Shown here piece by piece: positions 1 through 9,359 of a stretch of 64,000 bases of DNA. Within the stretch, counting starts at the first letter, position 1. Each line of letters begins with the position of its first letter. The stretch covers positions 3,328,001-3,392,000 of the forward strand of contig OZ252244.1 in NCBI GenBank assembly GCA_965249575.1, in the 5' to 3' direction. Position numbers and translations under genes: made by a program. The notes below the pieces were generated by a model, which worked only from the letters and a program-made list of their open reading frames with translations, was not told the origin of the DNA and ran no database searches. Origin of the DNA: Gemmatimonadales bacterium (GTDB lineage Bacteria > Gemmatimonadota > Gemmatimonadetes > Gemmatimonadales > GWC2-71-9).

Positions 1-471
1 GACGAGTACCTGGGCAAGGTCTTCGACGTGATGAGGCGGGCTCACTGGCATTCTTTCCACGTCCTCACCAAGCGCCCCGAGCGAATGCGGACCCTACTTC
101 GTGTTCCGTTTGCGGATACCAGCACCCTGCCAAACGTCTGGTGGGGCGTGAGTGTCGAAAATCGGAAACACGGGGTGCCCCGCATGGACATCCTGAGAGA
201 TACCCCAGCTAGGGTGCGGTTTGTGGTATTGGAACCTCTGCTGGAAGACCTGGGGACGCTGAATCTCGATGGGATCCACTGGATCATCGTGGGCGCGGAA
301 ACAGGACGTCGTGCTCGCCCGCTCGAACTCGATTGGGTGCGGGCGATTCGGGATCAAGCCGTCGCGGCCAATGTCCCGCTGTTCTTCAAGCAACACCTGA
401 TCAACCGTCGCAAGATCAGTCTTCCGCTCCTCGATGGTCGCCAATGGACGCAATACCCAGACCCACAGTAG
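1..471 (+). CDS. DUF5131 (phage Gp37/Gp68) family protein, 5'-partial
   Basis: Motifs FHVLTKRPERM, NVWWGVSVEN, EPLL, WIIVGAETG, PLFFKQ typical of DUF5131; frame is open to the window edge. Confidence 0.85.
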   Translation, partial: DEYLGKVFDVMRRAHWHSFHVLTKRPERMRTLLRVPFADTSTLPNVWWGVSVENRKHGVPRMDILRDTPARVRFVVLEPLLEDLGTLNLDGIHWIIVGAETGRRARPLELDWVRAIRDQAVAANVPLFFKQHLINRRKISLPLLDGRQWTQYPDPQ

Positions 472-505
472 ACGATGACTCCTCGAGGGCGCGACCCGTA
501 CCGAC

Positions 506-570
506 TCGCGCGCGCTCGCTCGCGGCCTCATGATCCGTCGGTCGGAGGTTCAAATTCTACAGGGCCCACT
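506..570 (+). repeat. tRNA(CAT)-derived repeat, copy 1 (3' half of tRNA-Ile2/Met; att-like)
   Basis: gcggcctcatgatccgtcggtcggaggttcaaattctacagggcccac = anticodon arm with CAT, variable loop, GGTTCAA T-arm and GGGCCCA acceptor 3' strand; no D-arm or 5' half. Confidence 0.85.
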
Positions 571-951
571 CAAAGCGGCGCGACCGGGAATCAGCGAGTG
601 TTACCTTGCGCTAGACGCGTTCGCGGCCGGACTGCCCCGGCAGCGGAAGCTTCAGTCGTCTGATTAAATCCTGAAATCGTGGATCGTCGTGCAACGGCTC
701 CAGCTCAAACACCGTCGCGAGCCATGGGAAGCCGCGACAGCAGCTTGGATGATCTTGTCAACCCGCCCCCGTCGGCGAGTGTTATTTGGAACCTCGAGAG
801 CGCATTGGGCGTTCGCGAGACCAAGGAGCAGAGGTCCCACCACAAGGAACGGGTGGCTCTTTGCAATGAGGCATCGCGTCATCCAGTCCCTTGGATCGAG
901 GGCGGTGGGTCGAGTCGTTGGCGGTAAACACCACTTAGAACGGGCACACGT

Positions 952-2121
952 TTGAACGCGACCCAACAACCTCCCTCCAAACCGTTGCCGGCGGTCGCGG
1001 CCCACCCGCTGGTGCGGGTGACTGCCGTGTTGGCACTGCTGTTCGTCTTCCTCGTCGGTGTGAACACGTTAGGCGACGGATTCAAGTCGCTCGGGACGGG
1101 ATTGCTCGATTCGTTTTTTGCGGTGACCGAGAATCCCTTCACGGCGCTCATGGTCGGGATTCTGACGACGACACTGGTGCAGAGCTCCTCGGTGACCACC
1201 TCGCTGATCGTGGGGCTAGTTGCCGCGCCGGAAAACGCCCTGCCGGTGGCCAACGCCGTGCCGATGATCATGGGCGCGAACATCGGCACCACCGTCACGA
1301 ACACCATTGCGGCACTGGCGCATATGGGACGCAAGGAAGAGTTCCGACGCGCCTTCGCGGTCGCGACGTGTCACGATTTTTTCAATTACCTAACGGTAGC
1401 CGTCCTGTTGCCACTCGAGCTGGTGACTGGATACCTACGGCGGCTGGCCACCGGGCTGTCCTCGTTGTTGACCGGACTCGGGGGCGTGACATACGACAGC
1501 CCTATCAAGGGCGCGCTGAAGGCGGCGGTCACACCGATCAAGGGAGTGGTCGAGGTAGTGACCGATTCTCCTCAGGCGCAGGCGGGACTCCTCATCGGCA
1601 TCAGCGGGGTGCTCATCTACGCGGCGCTGCTCCTGCTGGTCAGGGTCATGCGCACGGCGATGCAGTCACGGGTTGAGAACATCGTAACGCGTGCCTTGGA
1701 GCAGGAGGTCCTGCTTGCGTTTGCCGTGGGGATCGTCGTCACGGTGATGGTGCAGTCGAGCTCGATCACGACATCGCTTCTAGTGCCCCTGGCGGGTGCC
1801 GGTGTCCTCACCCTGCGGCAGGCGTTCCCGATCACGATTGGAGCGAACATTGGGACAACGGTGACGGCACTCCTGGCCGCTCTGGCAGCTACGGGTGCGA
1901 ACGCCGGTGCCGGCATCACGATCGCCCTAGTACACCTCCTCTTCAATATCAGCGGCACCGTGCTGATCTTTCCGATCAAGGTGATACGAAACGTTCCACT
2001 TGCGGGGGCGGAGTGGCTGGCGGGCACCGCCGTTCGGTCTCGTAAATGGGCGCTGATCTATGTCGTGGTGCTGTTCTACGGAGTGCCGGCGTTCTTTGCC
2101 GTACTGAACCGTTCTCTCTAG
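952..2121 (+). CDS. Na+/phosphate symporter (NptA/SLC34 family)
   Basis: Two QSSS repeats and two GANIGTT motifs in a hydrophobic 389 aa protein. Confidence 0.92.
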   Translation: MNATQQPPSKPLPAVAAHPLVRVTAVLALLFVFLVGVNTLGDGFKSLGTGLLDSFFAVTENPFTALMVGILTTTLVQSSSVTTSLIVGLVAAPENALPVANAVPMIMGANIGTTVTNTIAALAHMGRKEEFRRAFAVATCHDFFNYLTVAVLLPLELVTGYLRRLATGLSSLLTGLGGVTYDSPIKGALKAAVTPIKGVVEVVTDSPQAQAGLLIGISGVLIYAALLLLVRVMRTAMQSRVENIVTRALEQEVLLAFAVGIVVTVMVQSSSITTSLLVPLAGAGVLTLRQAFPITIGANIGTTVTALLAALAATGANAGAGITIALVHLLFNISGTVLIFPIKVIRNVPLAGAEWLAGTAVRSRKWALIYVVVLFYGVPAFFAVLNRSL

Positions 2122-2139
2122 GAAGCGACGGAGGCTCCT

Positions 2140-2823
2140 ATGCTTCGTGAGTTACTCGGCATCTTTCGCTCGGACGACCCGCTCAGCGCGATGGGCGCGA
2201 ATTTCGCCAGCATGCTCGACGTGACGTATGAGATGACCGTCGAGGCCGGCGGCATTCTCTTCGGTAGCCAGCCGGCTCCGGAGGAGCGCACGAAACTCTA
2301 CAAGCGGGACGTCGCGGTCAACAAGCTCGAGCGCGCGATTCGAAAACAGGTGATCGCCCATCTCTCGATCCGGGGGAACACCCCCAGCCTGCCGTACTGC
2401 CTGCTTCTGATGAGCCTCGTGAAGGACGTCGAGCGAATCGGCGATTACGCGAAGAACGTTGCAGAGGTAAACGAGCTTCACCACGGTGCTTTGCCGGATG
2501 ACGAGATTGTCGCCGAGTTGCGGGAGATTCGGACGGGGACCGAGTCGATGTTTGCGGAGACATCCCAAGTCTTCTCTTCCTCCGACCGCGAAAAAGCCAT
2601 GGAGTTGATCCGGCGCGGGCGGGACTTCACGCGTCGCGCCGACGTGCTGATCGATCGGATCGCCCACAGCAGCTACGACGCGCGGATGTCCTCAGCCACG
2701 GTTCTCGGGACGCGATACTACAAACGCATTGCCGCACATTTGCTTAACGTGCTATCGAGCGTCGTGATGCCACTCCATAAGTTGGACTACTACGACGAAA
2801 AGGAGATTGCCCCGGAAGCGTAG
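2140..2823 (+). CDS. PhoU domain protein
   Basis: D-x-x-VNKLER and DVERIGDYAKN motifs; follows the Na/Pi symporter with a GGAGG RBS. Confidence 0.85.
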   Translation: MLRELLGIFRSDDPLSAMGANFASMLDVTYEMTVEAGGILFGSQPAPEERTKLYKRDVAVNKLERAIRKQVIAHLSIRGNTPSLPYCLLLMSLVKDVERIGDYAKNVAEVNELHHGALPDDEIVAELREIRTGTESMFAETSQVFSSSDREKAMELIRRGRDFTRRADVLIDRIAHSSYDARMSSATVLGTRYYKRIAAHLLNVLSSVVMPLHKLDYYDEKEIAPEA

Positions 2824-2846
2824 TCACGGATTCGATCTCCTTGCTA

Positions 2847-2992
2847 CCGCGCTCGTTCGCGGCCTCATAACCCGTCGGTCGTAGGTTCAAGTCCTGTGGC
2901 CTTGCGCACACCGCTCCGCTGCGCATCTCGGTGTTTGCGTCAAGTCCTACGGGGCCCACTATATAAACCAACGACTTACAGCACACCTTGCG
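2847..2992 (+). repeat. tRNA(CAT)-derived repeat, copy 2, with T-arm insertion and downstream arm
   Basis: gcggcctcataacccgtcggtcgtaggttcaagtcct-[insert ending in tcaagtcct]-acggggcccact, then caacgacttacagcacaccttgcg (2969-2992), shared with copy 5. Confidence 0.85.
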
Positions 2993-3220
2993 CAGCCTCA
3001 TCGAAGAGACTCGGGTGAAGGGTTGGAGTATCCTGGACCAGGAACTGGAGATCGGACTCCGATCGATGTCGGTGCCTATCGGTGACAAAGCGGGACAGTG
3101 GTCGCAGAGCTCAGCGTCGCCTGCCCTAGCTCCCGCATCTCGCCCAAGGACCCACACACGAAGATTCTGCTCGAGTTGCGGACGGCGTCACAGGACATCA
3201 CCGCCAGCTTGCGGCGATAG
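2988..3220 (+). pseudogene. C-terminal fragment of an IclR/PcaR-family regulator
   Basis: GWSILDQELEIGLRSMSVPI is the IclR effector-domain motif; HTH absent, frameshifted, starts directly at the repeat arm. Confidence 0.7.
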
Positions 3221-3313
3221 TCCATTGCACGGCTGCGTGTCGTGCTTAGTGGAGCCGCTCCCGCTTCCACAGATCCCGCACCTCGTCGTCTAGCCCCGTC
3301 ATCTCCCAGCGGA

Positions 3314-3661
3314 TCAGCGAAATCGGGAGTTGTCCGATGCCCTGGCCGGATCCTTCCACTCGAGGAATTCTTGGAACAGTGCAACGAGGTCATCGTAATT
3401 GCCCGATCCGTCCGGCATACGTTCCAGACGAGCGCCTGCCGCCGTCGATTCGAACGCTGTTAAGAGGAGTAACAGCAGCGTCGCCGCTAAGGCGGATTTG
3501 ATCGAGATCGACGTTGTCTTCATATGCTCTGATCCCCCGTGATGAAGTGTCGGTATGTTCGCCGCGAGATAGACCGTAGCCATCCCGCCCGCGCCAAGCT
3601 CGCGCTCAATTCGGTAGGGTTCAGCTAGTGCGGTCGTGAGACAGTCGAGGGTGTCCGACAC
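3314..3661 (-). pseudogene. Chimeric remnant: Ser/Thr kinase N-terminus joined to a DUF885-like N-terminus
   Basis: YRIERELGAGGMATVYLA (kinase Gly loop) stops after subdomain I; later GNYDDLVALFQEF resembles GRYEDLVALFEEW of the 21378-23033 protein. Confidence 0.7.
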
Positions 3662-3825
3662 TCGGATGGCTCCGTTTGCCCAACTTCAAAGCTAGGACGC
3701 GGCTACACGGTCAGCCAGAGCGAAACGTTCAGGGAACAGGGAATCATACAGACACGTCGCTGGTACCCGATTACCGCCGGGTGATGGTACCGAGGGTCAA
3801 AACGGGCATTGGGGTGCACCCCGGA

Positions 3826-3928
3826 AACTGCCGAGTGACGCGTTTCTGGACGCGTTTTTCCGGCAAGACCCCGTGGCGCCCCTTCCGCCCCGCCCGCGTC
3901 CGTTTCGCGTCAAGTCCCCAGGGCCCAT
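3826..3928 (+). repeat. tRNA-derived repeat, copy 3 (more degraded)
   Basis: cccgcccgcgtccgtttcgcgtcaagtccccagggcccat matches the insert, T-arm and acceptor end of copies 4 and 5; anticodon arm lost. Confidence 0.65.
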
Positions 3929-4062
3929 TGTCGACGGGTGTTAGAGGATGCTAGAGGGTTTCACGCCTCGCGGCCGTCGTCCGGCCGGTTTTCTGAACCC
4001 TCCAAGCGTGGTGACGTCACCGCATCGGGGAATCCGAGGTGCCCGTCTGCCGCCGCCAGCCT

Positions 4063-5439
4063 CTAGCTTGCCGGCGCGATGTTCTGGTTGATGTGGAAGA
4101 GGTTGTCCGGGTCATAGGTCGCCTTCGCTGCTGCGAGCCGCTCGTAGTTGGCGCCATAGTTTGCAGGCGCGCGGTGGTCGTCGTCGCTGGACATGAAGTT
4201 GACGTAGCCCCCATCGCTGCCCGAGTGGGGATGAATGGCGGCGTAATAGTCCTTCACCCACTTGGTGTTGGCTTCGTTGTCGGCAGGGTCGTCCCAAATT
4301 CCCACGATCATCGGGGCAAAGCTCTTGTCTCGGTGTCCGAAGGCGGTCTCGTCTGCGCCGACCCGCTGAGCAGCACCGTTGATCGGATGGAGATGCATGC
4401 TCGAGCTGATGTGCGGTGTCTTCTTGCCATGCTCGATGTGAGCCGCGATTGCCTCGTCGGTGAGTTCGGTGACGAAGTCCGCTTTCCAGTAATGCTGCAT
4501 GCCCTTCGGGACGAGACCGTCGAAGGCGCTCTGGAGGGCCGGGAACGGCAGGACGTTGACGTGCTCCGCCTTCACTTCGGCGGCGTCGCGTAGTGGCCGA
4601 AGCACTCGCTCGGCCTCCTCATGTGGACCGTTCCAGCAACAGACCAGAACACAGAACAGGTCCCCGACCCTGTCCTCGGGGATGAATGGTAGCGGAGGAG
4701 CTATCTGCCAGCCGAAGAAGCAGCCGAGCTGCTCGGGCGCTTCAGCGATGTACTCGCGGTAGCACTCGAGGACCGACGCAGCATCGCCAGCCTCATAGAA
4801 CATCGGGCCGCCGACGACGTCACCGACCTCGTGAAGCTGAAACTCGAAGCTGGTGACGACACCGAAGTTGCCGCCCCCGCCGCGCAGGGCCCAGAACAAG
4901 TCTTCGTTCTGGTAGTCGCTCGCGGTGACCTGCCGGCCATCGGCGAGAACGACGTCGGCCGACAGGAGGTTGTCGATCGACAGCCCGACGCTGCGGGTCA
5001 GATAGCCGATGCCGCCACCCAGCGTCAGGCCACCGACTCCGGTCGTCGAAACGACCCCGCCTGGTGCGGCCAAGCCGAAGGGATGGGTCGCATGGTCGAC
5101 GTCGCCCAACGTCGCACCGCCCCCGACTCGGGCGACCTTCTTATCCGGGTCGACCCGAACGTGGTTCATCCTCGACAGGTCGATGACCAGACCGTCGTCC
5201 ACCGTGCCGAAGCCGGGAACGCTGTGGCCGCCACCCCGCACAGCGAGGTCTAGGCCGCTGTCGCGGGCAGCGGCGATCGCGGCCATCACGTCGGCCGCAT
5301 CCACGCACCGGACGACGGCGCTTGGCTTGCGGTCGTGCATGGCGTTGTAGACGACGCGCGCGTCGTCGTAGTCAGACTCCGAGGGGGTGATGACGCGCCC
5401 TCGCACCGCTCCGGTCAATGCCTCGATTGTGCCGCTCAT
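4063..5439 (-). CDS. FAD-binding oxidoreductase (BBE-like)
   Basis: RGGGHS FAD motif, GGGGNFGVVT, C-terminal YVNF...YDPDNLFHINQNI; start MSGTIEAL with a GAGGAG RBS. Confidence 0.92.
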   Translation of the reverse strand: MSGTIEALTGAVRGRVITPSESDYDDARVVYNAMHDRKPSAVVRCVDAADVMAAIAAARDSGLDLAVRGGGHSVPGFGTVDDGLVIDLSRMNHVRVDPDKKVARVGGGATLGDVDHATHPFGLAAPGGVVSTTGVGGLTLGGGIGYLTRSVGLSIDNLLSADVVLADGRQVTASDYQNEDLFWALRGGGGNFGVVTSFEFQLHEVGDVVGGPMFYEAGDAASVLECYREYIAEAPEQLGCFFGWQIAPPLPFIPEDRVGDLFCVLVCCWNGPHEEAERVLRPLRDAAEVKAEHVNVLPFPALQSAFDGLVPKGMQHYWKADFVTELTDEAIAAHIEHGKKTPHISSSMHLHPINGAAQRVGADETAFGHRDKSFAPMIVGIWDDPADNEANTKWVKDYYAAIHPHSGSDGGYVNFMSSDDDHRAPANYGANYERLAAAKATYDPDNLFHINQNIAPAS

Positions 5440-5708
5440 CGGGTGCTCCTCATCCTTGGGTTCACATCGATGGGGGAAGGATGCACCCTCAGGCGTTCCC
5501 GAAGCGTTCCCTCTCATCTCCGCTGTCGACGGGATCTCACGTGTCACCATATTAATACCACTTTCGTTTACAAGTGCTGAAAGAACGCACGCGCAAGGCC
5601 GCAGCGCGATTGGGGCAACGTACCAGCGGCTGCCTTCGTCGCCGTAGCCTTCGGTCCCGGGTGGATGAATCCTGCCGGGCGCGTCGTACGCCAGGCGACG
5701 GAGGCGCA

Positions 5709-5895
5709 ATGAAGGCAATTGTCCAGGACCGGTAGGGGGCGCCGGAGCGGGTGCCCAAGCTGGAAGAAGTCGACCCACCCCCGGTCGCCAACGAGGTTCT
5801 GATTTGGGTGCGGGCCACCAGCATGACCCCCCCCGACTGGATCGCGGTGACTGGAGTCCCTTACATCATCGGGCGGCGCTTTGGACTCTGGCACC
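5709..5895 (+). pseudogene. N-terminal remnant of an MDR-family (zinc-type) alcohol dehydrogenase
   Basis: MKAIVQDR*GAPERV..KLEEVDPP..EVLIWVRATS; in-frame TAG at 5733 and truncation after about 60 codons. Confidence 0.7.
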
Positions 5896-6075
5896 CGCCG
5901 ACGTCGCGCAGTGATAGCAGAGCATTGTGCTGAGCCAATCGCCCACCACGTGCTCGGCGGGTTGTTGGTGGTAGACGGGTGGTTTGGCGCCCCACATATT
6001 TGGGCGCGACAGCGGTGCCCACCATCACGGGGGTGCCTCCTCTCAGTTCACGACTCAGATCAGGGGGATGTGGCT

Positions 6076-6516
6076 GTGAATACGCCAAAGATCCTAGTTG
6101 GGGGGCTCGCCGCCGGCGTCGTCATCTTGGTGCTCGACTTCGTCACGAACTTGCTCGTGCTGGAGGATCGCTTCCAAGCCGAGATGGAAGCCCTCAACCC
6201 CACGCTGGCGGCGAACCTGGCATCCACCGGCACGCTGGTCGGTTTCGTAGTGCTCGATATTGTGTTCGGCGTGCTGCTCACGTGGCTCTACGCCGCCATC
6301 CGGCCGCGACTTGGCCCTGGCCCCAAGACGGCCGCGATCGCCGGGGTCTATTTCTGGCTGCTCACCGGCATGGTATGGGCCAGCCTCGTGGTGACGGGGC
6401 TATTCAGTTGGGGCCTGTACGTGCTCAGTGGTGTGATGTGGCTGATAACGTCTCTCGTGGCCGCTCAGGTGGCGGGGTGGATCTACACCGAGGAAGCCGC
6501 CACTGCATCTCCGTAA
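6076..6516 (+). CDS. Small four-TM membrane protein
   Basis: GTG start after GGGGG; hydrophobic helices and LYAAIRPRLGPGPKTA motif. Confidence 0.75.
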   Translation: MNTPKILVGGLAAGVVILVLDFVTNLLVLEDRFQAEMEALNPTLAANLASTGTLVGFVVLDIVFGVLLTWLYAAIRPRLGPGPKTAAIAGVYFWLLTGMVWASLVVTGLFSWGLYVLSGVMWLITSLVAAQVAGWIYTEEAATASP

Positions 6517-6801
6517 GGCGGACTGAGGGCGGCGGTGACTGACGATGCTTTCGACGCCCTCGTGAATTGGGCACGCTGCACATGTCTGGACGGTGTCGTG
6601 TGGGCGGCTGCTTGCGGCAGAGTCGCGTTTCGCTCCGTGAGGCCCATGCGGGTCTGGTGAGGCTGCCGCGCTGACCCGGAGCAGTTTCGCGGCCGTGGTC
6701 TCCCGGGGGCCGGGGCCGCTAGATCTGTGGGCGACACCGAGGGGGTGTCACTGAAATTGTCACGATCATTGTTCCGTCGCCCACGAGCGCTGGTGAAGCG
6801 C

Positions 6802-6988
6802 TGGCGCGCGTCAAACCGCCGTTTTCATGGGAAAACTGCTGCTCGTGAGGGCCCACGCCCGCTCGATGGCGGCCTCGTAATCCGTCGGTCGCAGGTTGAG
6901 GCCCCCTCAGCCCCCACCCCGCTCGCGTCCGCTACGCGTCAAGTCCCGTGGGGTGTTTCGCCTACCACTCGGCTTCGCACGACCCACT
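6802..6988 (+). repeat. tRNA-derived repeat, copy 4, with upstream arm and insertions
   Basis: Arm tggcgcgcgtcaaaccgccgttttcatgggaaaactgctgct, then gcggcctcgtaatccgtcggtcgcaggtt...cccgctcgcgtccgctacgcgtcaagtc...gacccact. Confidence 0.8.
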
Positions 6989-7038
6989 CTTAGTGTCCTT
7001 ACGGAAAATCCACCATCAATTCTCCGGGAGTCGCCTTT

Positions 7039-7944
7039 ATGTACCGTTCGATTACCCTCGCTCTAGCTGTCAGCAGTATCGCTACCGCTCATGCTCAAGG
7101 TCCAGGCAACGAGCCGTTCGCGGCCGGCGCGGCCCTGGAACAATCGGCCAACGTGCGTACCTATGGCAGCTTCCGCTTCGCCGAGAGCATTTCCTACGAC
7201 GCCGAGCGTGACCTCTACGTCGTCGTCAATGCCGGCATCGCGCAAGATGTTATTCCGAACGACGGCTACGTGTCACTGATCAATCCCGACGGCACGGCGC
7301 ACACGCCGAAGTGGATTGGCGTCAACCGCAACGGACTGACGCTCAACCATCCGCTCGGCAGCGACATCATCAATGGGCTGCTCTACGTTGCAGACATCAA
7401 CGTCGTGCGCTGGTTCGACATGGAGACGGGCGAGCCGCGCGGCAGCGTGACAGTCGAAGACGCGCAACGCTTCAACGACATCGAAGTAGCCGAGGAGGGC
7501 ACGATCTATGCCTCGCAGAGCGGCGGCCGTGAGAGCGAGAGCTGGCGCATCTACCGGATCTCACCCGACGGCGACTCCGAGGTCTTCGTCGAAGGCGACC
7601 CATTGGGCCGACCGAACGGCGTTGCCTTCGATAACAATGGCAACATCGTCGTCGTCAACATCCTTGACAACAACGTATTGACGTTCTCGCCCAACGGTCG
7701 CTTGCTCAATACCGAGCACACCGTGGACGGTGGTAATGACGGCCTCGTGATTCTCGAGGATGGCACCAAATATGTGAGCAGCGTGCGCGCCGGCACCGTC
7801 TCGCGCATCCGGCCCGGCGAGCCGGCCGAGATCGTTGCTTACGGTATTCCGAGCGCCGCTTCCATGAGCTACGACTCCAAGCGTCATCGGCTGCTGATTC
7901 CGATGAACAACTGGAACGCGATCAGCCTCGTCGACATCGACTGA
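7039..7944 (+). CDS. Secreted SMP-30/gluconolactonase-like beta-propeller protein
   Basis: Signal peptide; AES, FND, PNG and NDG blade motifs. Confidence 0.8.
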   Translation: MYRSITLALAVSSIATAHAQGPGNEPFAAGAALEQSANVRTYGSFRFAESISYDAERDLYVVVNAGIAQDVIPNDGYVSLINPDGTAHTPKWIGVNRNGLTLNHPLGSDIINGLLYVADINVVRWFDMETGEPRGSVTVEDAQRFNDIEVAEEGTIYASQSGGRESESWRIYRISPDGDSEVFVEGDPLGRPNGVAFDNNGNIVVVNILDNNVLTFSPNGRLLNTEHTVDGGNDGLVILEDGTKYVSSVRAGTVSRIRPGEPAEIVAYGIPSAASMSYDSKRHRLLIPMNNWNAISLVDID

Positions 7945-7988
7945 GCACTTAGAGACGCCTGGGCCGCGGAGGTCTGCCTCAAATCTTG

Positions 7989-8173
7989 TGGCGCGCGTTC
8001 AAATGCTGTTTTCGGGGAAAAACTGCTACTGGTGCGCGCTGGCGCGCGCGCGGCCTCATAATCCCTGTGTCGTAGGCTTACGCCCACTTCGCTCTGCCAC
8101 CCGCTCGCGTCCGCTACGCGTCAAGTCTTACAGAGTCCACTGTATAAGACAACGACTTACGGCACACCTTGCG
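7989..8173 (+). repeat. tRNA(CAT)-derived repeat, copy 5, with both arms
   Basis: Upstream arm like copy 4; gcggcctcataatccc; 28 nt identical to copy 4 (8100-8127 vs 6918-6945); downstream 24-mer 23/24 identical to copy 2. Confidence 0.85.
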
Positions 8174-8186
8174 GGCCGCCGCTGCG

Positions 8187-9359
8187 TCAGCCGATCACCC
8201 CCCCAGCCAGTATCCCGACGAGAAACGCGATGCCGGCGACGATGGCGACGAGGGTACGGGTCCCGCCAGAGGGTGCCACGTGGGACCCGGTCGCCCTCTG
8301 GGGGCTGAAGAACGTCACCGACTCGAGTGCGCTACCCAGTTCCTTCGCGGTAGAGAACCGGTCCCACGGATCCTTTTCCAAACATCGCATGATAGTGTCC
8401 GCGAAATCCTTCGGAATCGTGGGGTTGATGTCGCGGATTGGAACCGGCGGCTCCTTGACGTGCTTCTCGAGAATGCGATCGGGCTTCCGACTGGTGAACG
8501 GGGGCCGCCCCATGAGCATGCGATAACCGAGGGCGCCGAGCGAGTAGATGTCCGACCGGTGGTCAATTTCCGGCAGTCCCTGCGCCTGCTCCGGCGACAT
8601 GTACGCGGGCGTACCTGCTACCGGTCCGCCCGACGATTCGCCGACCTGCTCCGTGAGTGCCGTCGCGATCCCGAAATCCATCAACAGCACCTTTTGGAGA
8701 TCTCCCTCCAGGAACACGTTGGCAGGCTTGATGTCTAGGTGAACCATCTTGGCGCGGTGGGCCGCCCCAAGAGCGTCTGTCAGTTCGCTGAGGATGCGCC
8801 TCGACTCATAGGGTGGCAGTCGCGCCCGGTCTAGCCGCTCTTCGAGGGTAGTCCCCTGCACGAATGGCATTACGTAGTAGATCAATCCTCCCCGCTCGCG
8901 AATGTCGTAGATCGGGACGATCGCGGGGTGACGGAGCTTTGCCAAGGCGATGCCTTCGTTCCGGAAACTCTCCATGAAGAGCTCCGTCTTGGCTAGATCG
9001 GGGTGAATGACCTTGATGGCCACGGTCCGGTCAAGTCGACGGTCCCGTGCCTTGTATACGCGGGCGAAGCCACCCTGGCCGATCAATGCCAGGAGCTCGT
9101 ATTCGGCGCCGAACGCGTGGTGTAACCGGGCCTTGAAAGTGGTCCGGGAGGATGACGCTGCTGATACCCGCACTTCGACGGGGTCGGCCACCTCGCTATC
9201 ACCGCCGAGCGAGTTCGAGTCTTCGGACCGTACCGCGCCGGGGAGGGTGACTTCGGGATCGACGTTGATGGGCGTCGGCGTGCCACACCTGGAACAAAAC
9301 TGGTCGTCGGCGCCCAGATGCCGGTCGCAACCGGCACAGTGCGGAGATGAGTGGGTCAT
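8187..9359 (-). CDS. Ser/Thr protein kinase with N-terminal zinc ribbon and C-terminal TM helix
   Basis: CxxC...CxxC; GQGGFARVY, VAIK, HLDIKPAN, DFG, YMSPE. Confidence 0.92.
   Translation of the reverse strand: MTHSSPHCAGCDRHLGADDQFCSRCGTPTPINVDPEVTLPGAVRSEDSNSLGGDSEVADPVEVRVSAASSSRTTFKARLHHAFGAEYELLALIGQGGFARVYKARDRRLDRTVAIKVIHPDLAKTELFMESFRNEGIALAKLRHPAIVPIYDIRERGGLIYYVMPFVQGTTLEERLDRARLPPYESRRILSELTDALGAAHRAKMVHLDIKPANVFLEGDLQKVLLMDFGIATALTEQVGESSGGPVAGTPAYMSPEQAQGLPEIDHRSDIYSLGALGYRMLMGRPPFTSRKPDRILEKHVKEPPVPIRDINPTIPKDFADTIMRCLEKDPWDRFSTAKELGSALESVTFFSPQRATGSHVAPSGGTRTLVAIVAGIAFLVGILAGGVIG

Noticed and set aside
506..8173. Repeats as a CRISPR array or as functional tRNA genes
   Set aside because: Spacing is kilobases, copies are degenerate, no cas genes are present, and none has a tRNA 5' half or D-arm.
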